Origin: Antedon mediterranea
Lineage: Eukaryota > Animalia > Echinodermata
NCBI RefSeq assembly: GCF_964355755.1
Contig: NC_092670.1
Coordinates: forward strand, 9,538,201-9,602,200
Reading direction: 5' to 3'
Length of the DNA stretch: 64,000 bases
The translations under genes and the position numbers were made by a program. The first letter of the stretch is position 1. Each line of letters starts with the position of its first letter. The notes beneath the pieces are model-generated. The model worked only from the letters and a program-made list of their open reading frames with translations. It ran no database searches and had not been told where the DNA came from. Shown here one piece after another: positions 1-13,964 of this stretch.

Positions 1-1257
1 TTCATCATGTGATGAAATAAGTCGGTTAAACCTGTTTATCTTATAAATTATAGGCACTTGGTATACTAATACTTTTGTTTTTGATGAAACCCTGTTTTTA
101 TGATAGTAAAGCAAGGTTTAGGTTTATGACAAAGGTACAGTTAAACTGCCCATAACAAACATCTATCTAAAAAGTCATTTTTTTCTTCCTATCTAAAAAT
201 TACAACGTATATCTTGTAAGCAGAACCCCTTGTAGTACTTTTGACCACATAATTTGGACTTTGTATCTTTTCATACTAATTGACCATGTCAAGCAAACTA
301 CTGTACTGTAAGCAAACTTCTGTGAAATTGACAATTTCTTACCAATTTCTATACCATACTAAATAACTGAAACATACAATAGAACAAATTTAAAGGCCGA
401 AAAATTAACGTTGAAAATTGGCCCTCTTATGGCTAAACCTTTAATAAATGGATGCCTCTCTAATAAGCGGACAATTTTTCTGGAACGGAAGGGTGTTTTC
501 TTAAGGGTGCTTTAATTGATACTCCTAAGGAAACGTTTCAGAAAAACCTATAATATATTGTAAGTAATTATCACTGATCCCAATTTAAATATAAATTAAT
601 TCAACATAATTAAACAGAAATCTATCTGAAGTAAAATACTATAAAAGCGAAAAACAAAAGAGCCATTTCAAGCTTTTGGTAGCATGACATTCATTCATCA
701 GTTTATTGAGCACACAGACTAAATTATGTAAAAATTCATTCATATTGAAACATCAATTCCTAAACCATTTTCTTTGATAAATAAATCTCATATAAATTAT
801 TCATACTTTAGGACTTTATTCTGAGGTTATTTTTTATCAAATTAATCTAAAATGTAGACCTACCAACAAATATCATCGTCATATCATTAAACCTTGTAAA
901 AGTTCATGTAACAAAGAAATTGTAAAATTCTAGGCGATTTCATTTGTGCGAATTGTCAATAACCTTACAAGTTCTTACATAAAGCTTAGGAAGACTTAAT
1001 CCTGTATTTATTTCAGGGATCAATGAAACCACAGTTTAGTTTGGAGGTTTACATAGTGAATCCAGTTAATAACCGCAAATAATTTCCGATATACTTAAGA
1101 TTTTCACATTCAAAGTCTACCTGTTGATGGATCAGAATATATTGGCACAGACAACCATCTCATTCAAATCTCTAAAGCTTTTGTTGCAATCCAGAGTTTT
1201 AAATTTAATCAGCGGTTTTTGGTGTACAACGAGAAAACTAACCCTTATTTTCTTTGT

Positions 1258-1507
1258 AAAATATTTCTAAATCGGTTTATATTTATTATAGAAATATAAA
1301 GTATTACATTTAACTTCCTCTTGTAATGTACTGTATAGTTAACTAACTCTAATTAAGGACCCGTATTGATGAATGTCTTTGTCTGGTTTAGCGATGATCA
1401 TTAAATGTTTTAATATTAAATTTATCTCTTTTTTTTTTCATTAGATTTAAGCCACATGGATCAACTAACTATCTATAAATATGATGTTCTCTCTGAATGC
1501 ACTTTTA
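1258..1507 (+). repeat. Dispersed direct duplication of about 250 bp; other copy at 5901-6405
   Basis: AAATATTTCTAAATCGGTTTA...CATGGATCAACTA shared. Confidence 0.9.
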
Positions 1508-2582
1508 AAACCCTGACTTAAACAGACGAAATCATTTTTTTATCAGTTTTTTTGACAGCATACTGTATTTTTAATAATATTCATTTTAATCTTAAGAATT
1601 GGTATAGACCTTATTACTTGCATAAATGATAACATAAATTGGCTATAGAATTAGTAATATTTATATCATTGTTTAATTTTAAATTTTAACTGTCTTTGAT
1701 TTGATTTTTAATGACCCTAGTGACCGGATTGCGAAGATTCAGTAGTCATAAAAAAAATCGTTGGAAGACAAAAAAATGTTTGAGAGAAAAAATTGCTGTT
1801 CTAACATAGCCAGATGGCTAAGGTGCCCTAGCTTGATTTGTGCAGTTTTGCAGTTTAGGAGATACTGTAGAGGAACAAAGTTTTAGGTTAAAATAACTAG
1901 TTAACTGCATCTTTCTAATCAGCTGCATTATATCAAAGTCTACATGACCTGATTCTAGTTTACAACCCACTATATTTCTAGGTATAGTATGTTTAATGTT
2001 TGACTGTTAAAATTCCAGAACACAAGCAATGCGTGACATAATTTTTTTTTTTAAGTTATAAAATGTTCAAAAAACAATACTTGTAATAAATTTTGACATA
2101 TTGAAATTAGCTTGTTGGAGATGAAAGCATTTCTGTTGGTTTATTCGTAACGAAATCACTTAAGGATCTTGTACAGACTTATTTAAAATTAACAAGTCCC
2201 AAAAATGTTAGAAACAGGATGTCAGGATGGGCTACGTGCACCTTGGCGCCAATTTCTGCTTTAGTGCCATCCTTCCTTTAAAGTCTACAACCAACATTTT
2301 TAAAGCTTTAGTAATACTTAAAAGTACATTACATAATTATTATTTTATACATAGACATATTTTCCATTTGTTCTTGATCTCTTCAATTTAAAATTAGGTT
2401 ATAATTGCATTGCCATTACAAATGTTACACTTTACTCTAAAACTTTAGCATGAAATTACAAATTATTGTAGTTTCCTCGAAACATTCAAAAAGTATTAGG
2501 CCAATCATTATTGATCAGCAGTTAAACTTTTCAACTAATTTTGTTTAATGTAAACAATATTGTTTATAAATGAATTAATATT

Positions 2583-2770
2583 ATTTACCTCCGCCAAGGA
2601 GGTATATGTAATAGTATATGTGTTTGTTTGTTTGTTAGCAGGATTACTAAAAAAATAATTACAAGATCTTTACCAAAAAGAATATACAGATAGATATGTG
2701 GTCAAGAACCATTCCATAAAATTTGGGACCATTTGGGACCATGGTCCCATTCTGGACCCCTTTTTGAGTA
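2583..2770. mobile_element. Non-autonomous element with ACCTCCGCCAAGGAGGT hairpin and (GTTT)n (Helentron/DINE-like organisation)
   Basis: Terminal hairpin followed by a tetranucleotide microsatellite; class assignment is inference. Confidence 0.4.
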
Positions 2771-3672
2771 TACTTTTAGACCTGCTAGTGTTAAAAGATA
2801 GGACAGAATTTTTCAAAAGCCGGCGAGCAGTCTTAAAGTAACAAGTAAACTGAAATTGCATTTTCTCGAAAACTACTTGTCCAAAAAACTTCATTTTTGT
2901 ACAAGAGGCAAGAGTTATAATTTGTGATTTATAATTTTAAAACAAAATTTGATTTAATGTGCACGTTTTTTAATGCGAGTAGTTTAAAAAACCTATTTCT
3001 TTTCAAATTCACTCGTTTGATTTGTGCGTTGCTGTTCTTGTTAGTCAACTGAAGCTATTGTTAATTGAAAGGCTAGTTACATAACCATTACACCAAACTC
3101 GCATACACATGCTTATAGTAAAATTAGCCTAAATCACAAACAGCATTAAGACACACATGCAATATAAAATTTCCCATTGCAGTTTTATGTATTAATATAT
3201 TATTATTAATACAGTATCAATTATTAAAATGGTATGTAAGAAAAAGCCACAGAAAGGAACAATTTAAAACATCACAAGAATTGTTAATAATCACCAAAAA
3301 AGAATGTTACAATCTATGAATGAATTTGAATATCTAATGATGTTTGTAGCTAAAATGTTACTACTAACTATAGGAAGTGATCTGTTGGAACAGATACAGT
3401 AGAATGACTCTCTTAGTGATGATACATCAGTATGTGCTATAATAATACAAAAGTGATTTTACACTATGTAGGCAGACCAAGCACTCATGAATATGCATGA
3501 GTTAAAGTTAGTTAAATACTTAAATAAACATCAGGTAAAAGTAGTGTCATTCTGTAGGAAAGTCCACTAGCTGACCGTCATTGCGCAGGCTACTATCGTG
3601 AAAACCCAGCAAGTAGCAAATGACCTACTTGTACTAGATAAGGTAAGCCAAGTAATGCTTGAGGATTTATCC

Positions 3673-4000
3673 GCTTCATTATTATTAGCTCTACACGTAT
3701 AACAGCTTGCAGGTACATCGATATCATAGTAAGGTATCTATTCTTATTATGAATACCTTAATTTGTAATTTATTTAATTGTACAAATTATAAAAAATTTA
3801 TTTCTGTTTCCATTTAGTTGTACTGTATTTTTTTTTCATCTGCTTCATTATTATTACTATTAGTTCTTCACGTACAACTGCTTGCATTGATATCATAGTA
3901 AGGTATCTATTCTCATTTATGAATACCTTAATTTGTAATTTATTTAATTGTACAAATTATAAAAATACTAAATTCCATTTAGTAGTAACTGTATTTTTGT
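3673..4000 (+). repeat. Tandem duplication, about 168-bp unit x2
   Basis: GCTTCATTATTATT...GATATCATAGTAAGGTATCTATTC...TGTACAAATTATAAAAA twice. Confidence 0.92.
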
Positions 4001-4949
4001 TTTAGTTTATGTTTTTTTTATAGAATTATTGTATGAATAATTTGTTTAAAAGGTACAAATTGGGGAAAACCTAGTATTTTTGCTGAAAAGTTACAGTTCT
4101 TCCCTTTGTCTTGCTTTCATGATCGACCGTAAGTAAGTGAATCAATTTACACAGCGCATGTTGCTAGTATTTATAGCGACCACCTATTTAAAAATGACAT
4201 TTTCACATTTTAAAGACGAAAAAAATTATCGCAATAGGCTCACAAAGTGTTTTTAAGGAAAAACCTAGTAAGCTACTTATTGTAATTACATAACAATGTT
4301 ACACACAAGATCACGTTTAGGCTAGACTGCCATTTCATGGATAATAAGACTTTCAGTGTTTAAATGGCTTTCGGGGGGCTTTAAAGTGACCTTTAAAATC
4401 ACTGGATTGTGTGTGTTAATTAACAATAAAAGAAGTACATATGGTGTAATTGTAGTAATAACTATTGTGTTGTGATTAGTGGTAATATGTAATACAGTAT
4501 CGTAATAATAGGAGAAAAGTCCTGTATTAATAATAGGGACTTCACTTTACACATCAGAAATGGGTGAACGGAACTTATGTGTTTGTCGGAGTGTAAAATG
4601 CTAGCGCCGTATAACAATCATATTCAACCGATTTCTAATTTGTCTCATCTCATCTCATGTGTTTCACAAGTTATGCCTGCTCAAAGCATAACTCTTAACC
4701 TTACATTCCATGATACGGGAAAACATGTGATACACATGAGATGCTGTATTACAGAATTTGCCTACAATACTATGTTTACCCTCCATGCAACAGAGTGACA
4801 TTACTTTACCATATATACTGTACACAACATTACCACACTATACTCTTAATGTCACAAAATTCATATTTATAATTGTATTTACGGATAATGCATAACTTTT
4901 AGGGATTATTCTTGACGTTTTTAGTCAATGACAATATGCAAGTTATCGC

Positions 4950-5115
4950 TCCTGGATTGGTCGACAGAGGCATGCGCTGTTTGAAAGTAGGCGGGGTTAA
5001 TTCTTAATTACCGTCGTCAACTGCTTCCTGATGCGCGAAGTCCCTAGTAATTTACTACTGTACGTGTAAGTACCGCTTGTACCTACAAGGTCATCTAGGA
5101 ATAAGTTAAGAGTAA
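4950..5115. promoter_or_regulatory. Candidate housekeeping-type promoter
   Basis: ATTGG (CCAAT), GCATGCGC (NRF1-like), AGGCGGGG (GC box) and CTTCCT within about 80 bp, CpG-rich, followed by gtaagt donors. Confidence 0.45.
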
Positions 5116-6118
5116 GTAAGAAAAAAGGATGGAATTTATTTAAGATTGATTAATTTACATTATTTCAAATAGATTAGATAACAGACTGTAAAATAACATT
5201 ATTTTCGTACAGAAAGATAAGAAAAAAGTATTAAAAGAATGTGTGAAAAAAAAGCATGGATTTATTATTAGCATCAGAGTGAAGAAAAAAAGTAATGTAA
5301 GAAAAGATACTGTAATAGCCTTATTTTCTTAGAAAGTCTTTTTCTGTTGCCAAGATATTGGAAAATGGTCTAGACACATTTGTTTCACTGGACGTATTAT
5401 TACACTGAATGGAAATGACAAGAGGTCTGTTTTAAAAAACGATCACATATTTCTGCTCAAGTTTTGCTACTAAATAACCGTTTAAATCAGTGGGTGATGA
5501 TCAATGGAAATTTTAATTCAAAATAAGGTTGTTGTTTACACAATACACTTTTTTGAGTCCCAACGTGTCCCCTTAATAGAGGTTTCAGTCACTGTAATAA
5601 CATCCATGAACTTTTACATGTAGTCTTATTTAACTTAGGTAGCCTAAATATGATCTAGAGTAAATGGAATTATACTAGAGAAATTGGATTAAACTAGAGA
5701 CACTACAACAATACAAGGCGTATTCCCCACACATTACATAATCTTAGGTATTTAGTCCAAAAATCCATTGAATTCTTTGACTTAAAAATGGGACCAGAAG
5801 ATCAAAGTATTGAATAGAAAATCTTTAAATAGCACATGCTAATCGGACAATCCGCATAAACGTAAATTCAACTATAAGGAGGATGGCCTTGATTTTTGTC
5901 AAATATTTCTAAATCGGTTTAAATTTATTATAGAAATATACAGTATTACATTTAACTTCCTATTGTAATGTACTGTATAGTTGCTCTCTGTTACCTACCT
6001 CTAAATAAGGACTAGTTTCTACCTATTGATGAATGTCAGGTTTAGCGATTATCATTAAATGTTTTAATATTAAATTTATCATAACTTTCCAATTTTCTTT
6101 TTTTTTAATTACATTTAA

Positions 6119-6345
6119 TTATTTATTTATTACCATCTTTACTGAGGGTAGCCTATCCAGTTCCAAATAGAACTGATCATTCTGGGCCCTCGATAAAACA
6201 TACATACAGTACAACACATAAAATATTAAATATTCAAATGACATAAAATATATTAAAGGCTTATAAATTTACAATGATTATAAAATTCATATAAAGGTTA
6301 AAATCGTTGACAGAAAAAAAAATATATACATAGTACGAACAATAT
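6119..6345 (-). mobile_element. 3' tail of a CR1/L2-type LINE inserted into a duplicated segment
   Basis: Absent from the paralogous copy at about 1445; ends GAGGGCCC...ACCCTCAGTAAAG...(AATA)n on the - strand. Confidence 0.55.
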
Positions 6346-6861
6346 TAAGCAACATGGATCAACTATCTATAAATTTATATGATGTCCTGTTTAAATGCAC
6401 TTTTAATTTTATTTACTGTAAATACAAGATTCCCATTTTACCAAAGAAACAACTTTATGTCTAATTATATATTCAATAAGTAAAAGAATGAACAACTTTA
6501 TTTATTGATTTTTAATCAGATTGATAATTTTTCTCCTTCAACTTTTAGCATTTTTATTTAATGACAATGTAAAAATTAATGAGTGTACCAAGGTTTTTAC
6601 TAAAGGAACATACGTTTTATATGTTACATGAAATGCCATTCTAGGAATCAATGATCATGTTGATGCATTGGGTCATTCAACTGTTCAAAATAAGTGACCA
6701 GTGACTACTTAATTGTATAACATAACCTTTTAATGTAGGGCAAAACATGTGACTTGCTTAGCTCCCTGGCGCAAAGCTACTTTGTAATAATTATTATCAT
6801 GTTGATGGAGTACACACTGCTGCCTTGGGCTACAATCTAACTCTAGACATTAATGAATGAA

Positions 6862-6926
6862 AGCTCACTGGTCTAGGGGTACTGTATGAAGATCTACAGT
6901 AGGTTGTGGGTTCGAGCAATCTGAGG
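6862..6926 (+). mobile_element. Degenerate tRNA-derived head
   Basis: TGGTCTAGGGGTA A box and GGTTCGAG B box, interrupted by CTGTA and CAGTA pentamers. Confidence 0.5.
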
Positions 6927-7858
6927 ATTACTTGCAAATTTCTCACTGTAGTGAGAATTCAAAATGACTAACTAAACTAATAATCACGATTCATTACATC
7001 ATATGGATATTAAAAGACTTTTTGAAATGTTCCAAGGAAACCACCAGTACGTGTCCCACTGTGAACATTTTCTGTAAAATTGTATTATTAATATTATCGT
7101 TAAAAACCACAATGACTACATAGAATATTTTCGTTGTATTGTGAATTTAACAATAAATGGACATATACAGTACAGTAGAAAGAATCAAAAAGATTCAGAG
7201 AAATGCAATAAAAGGCAAGTTTTTATTGTCATTGACAATTTCATTTTGGTGATGAACATTATTTCCTTGCCTATTGAAATAGGCAAAATTTTACAAAAAG
7301 AACCAATCTCAAAAACAGTTTTAAAAATCCCTAATTACCTGTGGTTAAATTATGACATCATTACACAACCAATCAGGAATGAAAGTAAAGGAGAAACCAC
7401 CTTTATTGTGAAAATTAGGCACAATCCAATATTTGTTAATACACCAGTTTGTTTTTTTGTTTGTTTGGGGGATTTTTCAATCCAATCAGATCCTACGAAT
7501 AGCATTTTACTTATTTTCTTTTAAATCACTTTAAAAACTGTTAAAAAAATGGAATGTAAGTTAAATATTTGTAAACATCCCAAATCTATGTCAGTGTTAA
7601 TAATCATAGAAAATGTGTTGATGTTTACAATTGAATTTCATCAATAAATTTATTCAATAAAGTACAAGATGTCATTGGCCCTGTCACACCTTGATGATTT
7701 AGACTGGAGTACCTTATCCAATGACTTATCTTGTACTGTCCTTACCTAGTACTGTATAATGTACTTTAAAATCAAAACTAGTACTCCTACTGACCCCATT
7801 AATGCTTTTGTGAAATCGATAATTACTACAGTATTGAAAGGGGGTTTCCGGAAAAAAA

Positions 7859-8540
7859 ATTGTTTATCAATACATTTATTACACTTTTATCTACCAATAA
7901 AATTCACTGATCTTTGTACTATTTGACATAGTTAACTTTTGACAGATCATGAACAAACAGTATGTTACTCAAATGTAGGTCGTGCTAAATGTAAAGTCTT
8001 TAAGTTTATCAAAAGAGTAGATAGGAATTCCTCTGTATAAAATCAAACAAAACATATATTTTTTAATAAAGTAGTAATGCTTATTGAAAGGTCAGCATCA
8101 AGATTTAACAAAGTGTCTCCTTAATAAGGATGTCCCCTGAATAGAGGTGTCCCAAAGGAGGAGTTAGAATACTTTAGAAAAACTATATTTTGGTTGTATA
8201 CAGTAGAACTCCCCAAACAAATTTGTTTATCAATACATTTATTACACTTTTATCTACCAATAAAATTCACTGATCTTTGTACTATTTGACATAGTTAACT
8301 TATTGACAGATCATGAACAAACAGTATGTTACTCAAATGTAGGTCGTGCTAAATGTAAAGTCTATAAGTTTATCAAAAGAGTAGATAGGAATTCTACTGT
8401 ATAAAATTAAACAAAACATAGTTTTTCTCTGATACAGTACAATCCTTATAAAGAGGTCACCTTCAGAAGAAGTGTCCCTTGAATAGGTGTCCCAAAGGAG
8501 TAGGAGACTTTAAAAAAACTATATTTTGGATGTATATGGG
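7859..8540 (+). repeat. Tandem duplication, about 363-bp unit x2
   Basis: TTGTTTATCAATACATTTATTACAC... near-identical at 7860 and 8223. Confidence 0.95.
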
Positions 8541-9166
8541 TGTTCCTTTCAGTTTCATAGGGGTGACATAATATAAATAACATTTAATGTCACTCATTTG
8601 TTCATTTCAAAGAAGGAAAGTGTCACTTTAATAGGGGTATCCATTTAATATGGATGTCTTCTTAAAAAGGGATGCCAATATGGGTGTCCTTTTAATATGG
8701 TGTCCCTTTAATATGGGTATCCTTTTAATATGGTGTACCTTTAATATGGGTGTCCCTTTAATAGGGATGTCCCTTTAATATGGTTATCCCTTTAATATGG
8801 TTATCCCTTTAATAGGGATGTCCCTTCAGTAGGGGCGTCCCTTTAAATATGGGTATCCCTTTAATTTTTTTTTTCAATTCAACTTTTATTTCAGACAATT
8901 GTCCATATGGTATAATACATTAAAAAAAAAAAGATGAAGGAGAGAGGACCAAAACATTTATCTATTGGTATATAATGCCTCTCTCCATTTGTAGTACATG
9001 TTTGAATCCATCAAGAATAATGAGTGTGTGGGTGTGCCTTTAATAGGGGTGCCTCTTTAATTGAGGTTGGTCATAATGTTAACAAATATAATGCCCAATA
9101 TACAGTATGTTCTTCTCACAGGAATAACCCCTTTAATAGGGACGTCTCAAAGGAGGGATTCTATTG
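8435..9166. mobile_element. Degenerate or composite copy of the same MITE family with an 18-19 bp tandem array (8620-8865)
   Basis: TA|CAGTACAATCC...GGGATTCTATTG|TA; repeated GGTGTCCCTTTAATATG. Confidence 0.6.
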
Positions 9167-12100
9167 TACCTAGTAAAATAAATTTACTTTTAGTAATCAC
9201 AATTTATAAATGGAAAGAGAAATAAATTCTTTCAAGGAATGTGTTATTTAGAAATGAACTATGGACCATGTCCAATGCAATAATTGTGAAATGTTAAGTA
9301 GATGTTGATAGATGTGTATTTATGGTAAATAAATGTGGATGGATTAATGACATAAACAAACAGACCATAAACACATTGCACAAATTTCAAAGATTATGTC
9401 ATAATTGTATCCAACACCAACACAACATTTTTTGTTTTACTTTATCAAATACAGCTACAGTATATTACAAATTATAAATAGGCAAAGGTGGTTCTCAAGC
9501 TTAACTGAAAACTGAGGATATTCGGATTAGGCCCTCTACGGACCCACAGCAGCAGTGCAGCGCCTACCCTTGGTCTAGGAGTTGCATAGTAAAGAGAGAC
9601 AAACAAATATTAAATTATTTCTATTTGATAGATAAAGTAACATTTCAAGGTGTAATTTTTTTTGGCAAAATTATCTATCATTGATAGATAATTTTTTAGT
9701 CTATCATTGATAGATAATTTTTGCCAAAAAAATTAAATCAATAAAAAATAACTGACATAACTCTCTTTTTGCCAAAAATCTGTTTAAAGAAAATTAAATC
9801 AATGAAAAATAAAGCAAAAGTAAAAAAATATAAAACCAGTTTATAGAGTTTTTTAAGGGGAAAAAAACTATTAAAAACAATTACTATGTTCAAGGTTATA
9901 TTGTCAATTTTGACAGCAGAGCATTATAAAACCCCAAACTAGTGGGTGTAACTGGTGACCTATTTCTTATCTAGCGTACTTGATAACATGATCACCGTCC
10001 TAGTTTTCAACTACCTAATAGGGTACAGTTCACACTTTAATAGAAATGTATTCGTTCGAGTGACCGGAAAACTCTTTCAGAATCTGTTTGCTCTACAGTT
10101 TTGTTATTTTACTGCCGTTTCTTTTGTTCAAAAGTTTACACAACGTTTCATTGGTCAGCAAAGACCGTGAACCAATGGTCATGATCAACCAAGCAAATTT
10201 AATTTATATTTGTACCAGTGTTATCAATCAAATGCCACACAAATTAGCTCTTTCTCTCGTTGACGTCAAATTAAAATTCCGGATACTACGGATAAAAGCA
10301 GGAGTGCTCCCGGACAAATGAAATTATGACAACAGAAATTTCTTTTTATTGAAAAGGAACGTGAAATGGGCATTTGAAGTTATATATCCTTCAGAAATTA
10401 AAATTCATGACTTTGTATTTTTTCACCTTAAATTCAATGTCTTAAATTCAAATAAATGTCTGCATTTAATACAGCCTGTGCTCCTAAATTAGATTACCGT
10501 AAGTAATTCATTATTAAGGAATATTATATTTTAATAATTAATTATTTTTAAATATTTGTTTACATTAATAAACTACAGTACAGTAAATTCCTTTATTTGT
10601 TTAATCTATTAAATAAATAATAAAATTATGTACTTTTAATTAACCAAAAAATCATAATTTATTTAATCATAATTTAATTACAATAAAATATTTGATTGTT
10701 TTAATGACAAAATACTTACTATACCATAACAATCAACGGCATATACCATCTAGGTAATAAAAACTCACTTTATATGATTACAACATAGTATGATTGCAGA
10801 ACAATCACAGTGGTAGAAACAAAAGGTAGCAGGATAAGACCCCTCCTGGAGGCATGATTACAGTGAACTTGAAAAGCTATTGATGAAAAGGCACAATATT
10901 TGCCTACAATAAAATACACAATGTATCCCAACCTTGACTGAAGGTCATGTCCCAAATAAGGGATTATGACACAATAACAAATCTGGGTTAAGGTAAGGGT
11001 TGCTGCTTGATATGGTGTGTGGACTAAAACAGCCAGTAGGAAATAGGCATGGCATCATGATAAATAGGTGTCCACGTACTGATTGGGTGGTTGGCTGTGG
11101 TTACTAAGTAGGCTATGGCCCAGTTTGTGCACACGTTATGACAGGCTATAAGTTCGCTGAGATGTCAACCAGTCATCAGAAGGGTGTTAAGAAGGTTAGT
11201 GGAGAGTAGCCTAGGATCATCTGAGTGCTAAACACAACAGTTGCTCACAAGCAGTGTCATTATTCACTTAGACAGCTAAAGGTAGGGGTCGCCTTTACAT
11301 GCAAGAGCTCCATCACATTGGAAAGTGATTCAATTCCATTGGATTTTATATTTCATTTTGCTTTGTTGAATCAAATGTAAGTACTGTAAATTTCTTGACA
11401 ATACTAAACTAGTAAAAAATAAATATTTTTTTTTATAATATCAATATTTAATTTTTAAGTTTTCTACTACAGAACACAAATTATGTTGTTTGTTTATTTT
11501 AGTTTACAAACTGATAAAATTAAAATCTTTATTTTTTTAATTTTATTTATTTACTTTTTTTGCAACCACTGATTTTTAATATGAAGACATTTGGTGTACT
11601 AAAAAATAATATACCATGTTTTTAAAAAAAGTTTTTTAGATACATACAATTTCCCTGTCTCAATATATAGACCTTCTGTTGACCAAGAAAGGGTGATATT
11701 AATGGTTGTCACTTATCACTCATGGAAACTCTGGAAATTCTTACAGTTATCCCTACTTGAAGGAAATAAAAGATTATTTGAAATTTCCAATAACATATAC
11801 TATAACTTTTGTTTTATTTCCTGCATTTTTAAGCAGATTTCAGAGTTATTTCTAAAGTTTTTCACTCCTTTTAAAGTTCATGTATGAACAATATCAGAAA
11901 TGTTTTAAGGTATAAAACAACATTGCTAAGAGTAAGATTAATATTAATAACAGTAAGATATGGTTACATTTGTTTTAAAATTGGACACAATTGTAACCAA
12001 CCTGGAAAATTCCAATTCCATTTCTTGGCATGATTCTCAAATACCATTGCAGGGAACGAACACCTTAGTATGTATTGTGTTCATTTAAAATTATCTTTTT

Positions 12101-13328
12101 CATTTATTATTTAAATTTCAATACCATACACTTATTAATTTTTAATATAATAATTTATACTAAAACAAAGAGACCCACTTTAGGCATATTTATATTGCAT
12201 GCTGTAAAATAAATGTATACAGTATCAGTCAATTCCTGTTCACCGATGGACGGGAACCATTTAAATAGCGAGTGATGTGACGACCTCTCTATAACATGAT
12301 TGACGTAACAAATAAAGATTTATTGTATGAGGTGTTTGGCCGTGGAAAAAAAATTGTTATTTAAAAAAATAATTTTTTAACAAAAAAAAATGCCGTTCAA
12401 ACATAGGTTAAGTGATAAAGTTAGTTCTTCTGGTTATGCTGTAGGATATACAAATGTTTGGCTTAGTGCTATTATTTATAAGATTATTATTTTAAAATGA
12501 CTGATGAATGATTTTAGAATATCACAGAATCCTCTACAATGTGTGTAAAACATAGAACAACCATACATCAATATGTTTGTACAGTATATTGTGTTATTAG
12601 CTTTTTTTCCCGAGTCTGATCACGGACGGTCAGCCGCTCTCAAGCCGACTGGGTCGATAGAAAGAGATTGTGTTTACACTAGATAAGAAATTGATCAAAC
12701 TGCATTCGCGAACGATCTCGATGCGACCTGGAGGTTAGTATACCTCATAGTGAGAATAGAGTGGATCGTCGACACAACACTGCTAAAAAAAAATTATCTT
12801 TTTAATATATTTTGAATAAAAGAAATAGAATCAGACACAATGGAACAAGTTATTTACCTACTGTACATTTTTTCATTAATTACAAAATAAAATGTATTAT
12901 TTATTATTCATTAATATAATAAAATATGTACACATTTAATGTAAAAAAAAGATTATTATATTATTAAAAGTAAGAACAATTCTTAATAAATTTTAAACAT
13001 TCAATTAATGTTCAAAAACTGTTTAAAATTAAAAAGCAGAGGATCATATGCGATACACACTTAAAAGTGATTAATAAAGAGGAAGTAAAATGTAATATAC
13101 AGTAAAGTCATCCGTAAAATAATTAAAATCCTTTAAATTAACTTTAACATGATTAATAATAGCATTGGGTAATAGGTTATCTCATTGACAAGTTATTTTT
13201 TGTGGATTCGGTTACAGTAGATAATAATAATAGAGGTTAGACATAGTAAAAAAAAACAAATATTGTCACTTCGTTTGATAGGAAAGTTTCCTCATAAAAA
13301 ATTGTCCAGTGAATAGCGGTGTCGCAGC

Positions 13329-13605
13329 CAAAGAAGGTGTTTTTGAATTAACTGTATCAAAATTATTTGTAACAATGTAATGTAGATGAAAATGATTTAA
13401 CAGTTTAAAAAATATCCAAATAAATGTACAACAAATAAAATGTACATTGCATTGCAAAGAAGGTGTTTTTTAATTAACTGTATCAAAATTATTTGTGGAA
13501 CGAACTAATGTATATTTGTAATCTCGATAAAAATTATTTTTAACAGTTTAAAAAATGTCCAAATACGGTAAATGTATACAACAAATAAAATATGCATTGC
13601 ATTGC
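13329..13605 (+). repeat. Tandem duplication, about 126-bp unit x2
   Basis: CAAAGAAGGTGTTTTT-AATTAACTGTATCAAAATTATTTGT twice. Confidence 0.9.
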
Positions 13606-13964
13606 TAAATGGTTGTCAAAATATTAGCAGAACAATCTTAATGAAACTGACAGACTACATATTATATTTCATCCATAAAATATGCCTAATTAATTTAATT
13701 ATAATGATCCAATTACTATACCAATTTATAAGAAATGGCCGTTGGGTGTATTTAATAATAAACGAATGTGAAATGGTCACAATGGCATCAGATTTTGAAG
13801 AAGCTAGGACATAACTGCATCAATCATCAAAATGTTTTATACTGTCCGGTAAAATGTCAAGAAAGATAATTTCCTGATGACGGAAGATGGACACTTTGAT
13901 GAGAGACAGGGCATTATGTTAATTAGAGTCACGGTTGGGTGCATTCATAACACAGTAATACAAT

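Noticed and set aside
3374-3642. Chain of short exon-like segments with GT/AG boundaries on +
   Set aside because: Implied introns of about 23-42 nt are too short, there are in-frame stops, and no recognisable protein results
7141-7524. 127-aa ORF
   Set aside because: GTG start, AT-rich composition, no domain and no splice support
9674-9714. Two TCTATCATTGATAGA cores identical to the centre of Tn10 tetO1
   Set aside because: Flanks and spacing differ from the tet control region and there is no vector or tet sequence nearby; best explained as a coincidental AT-rich palindrome
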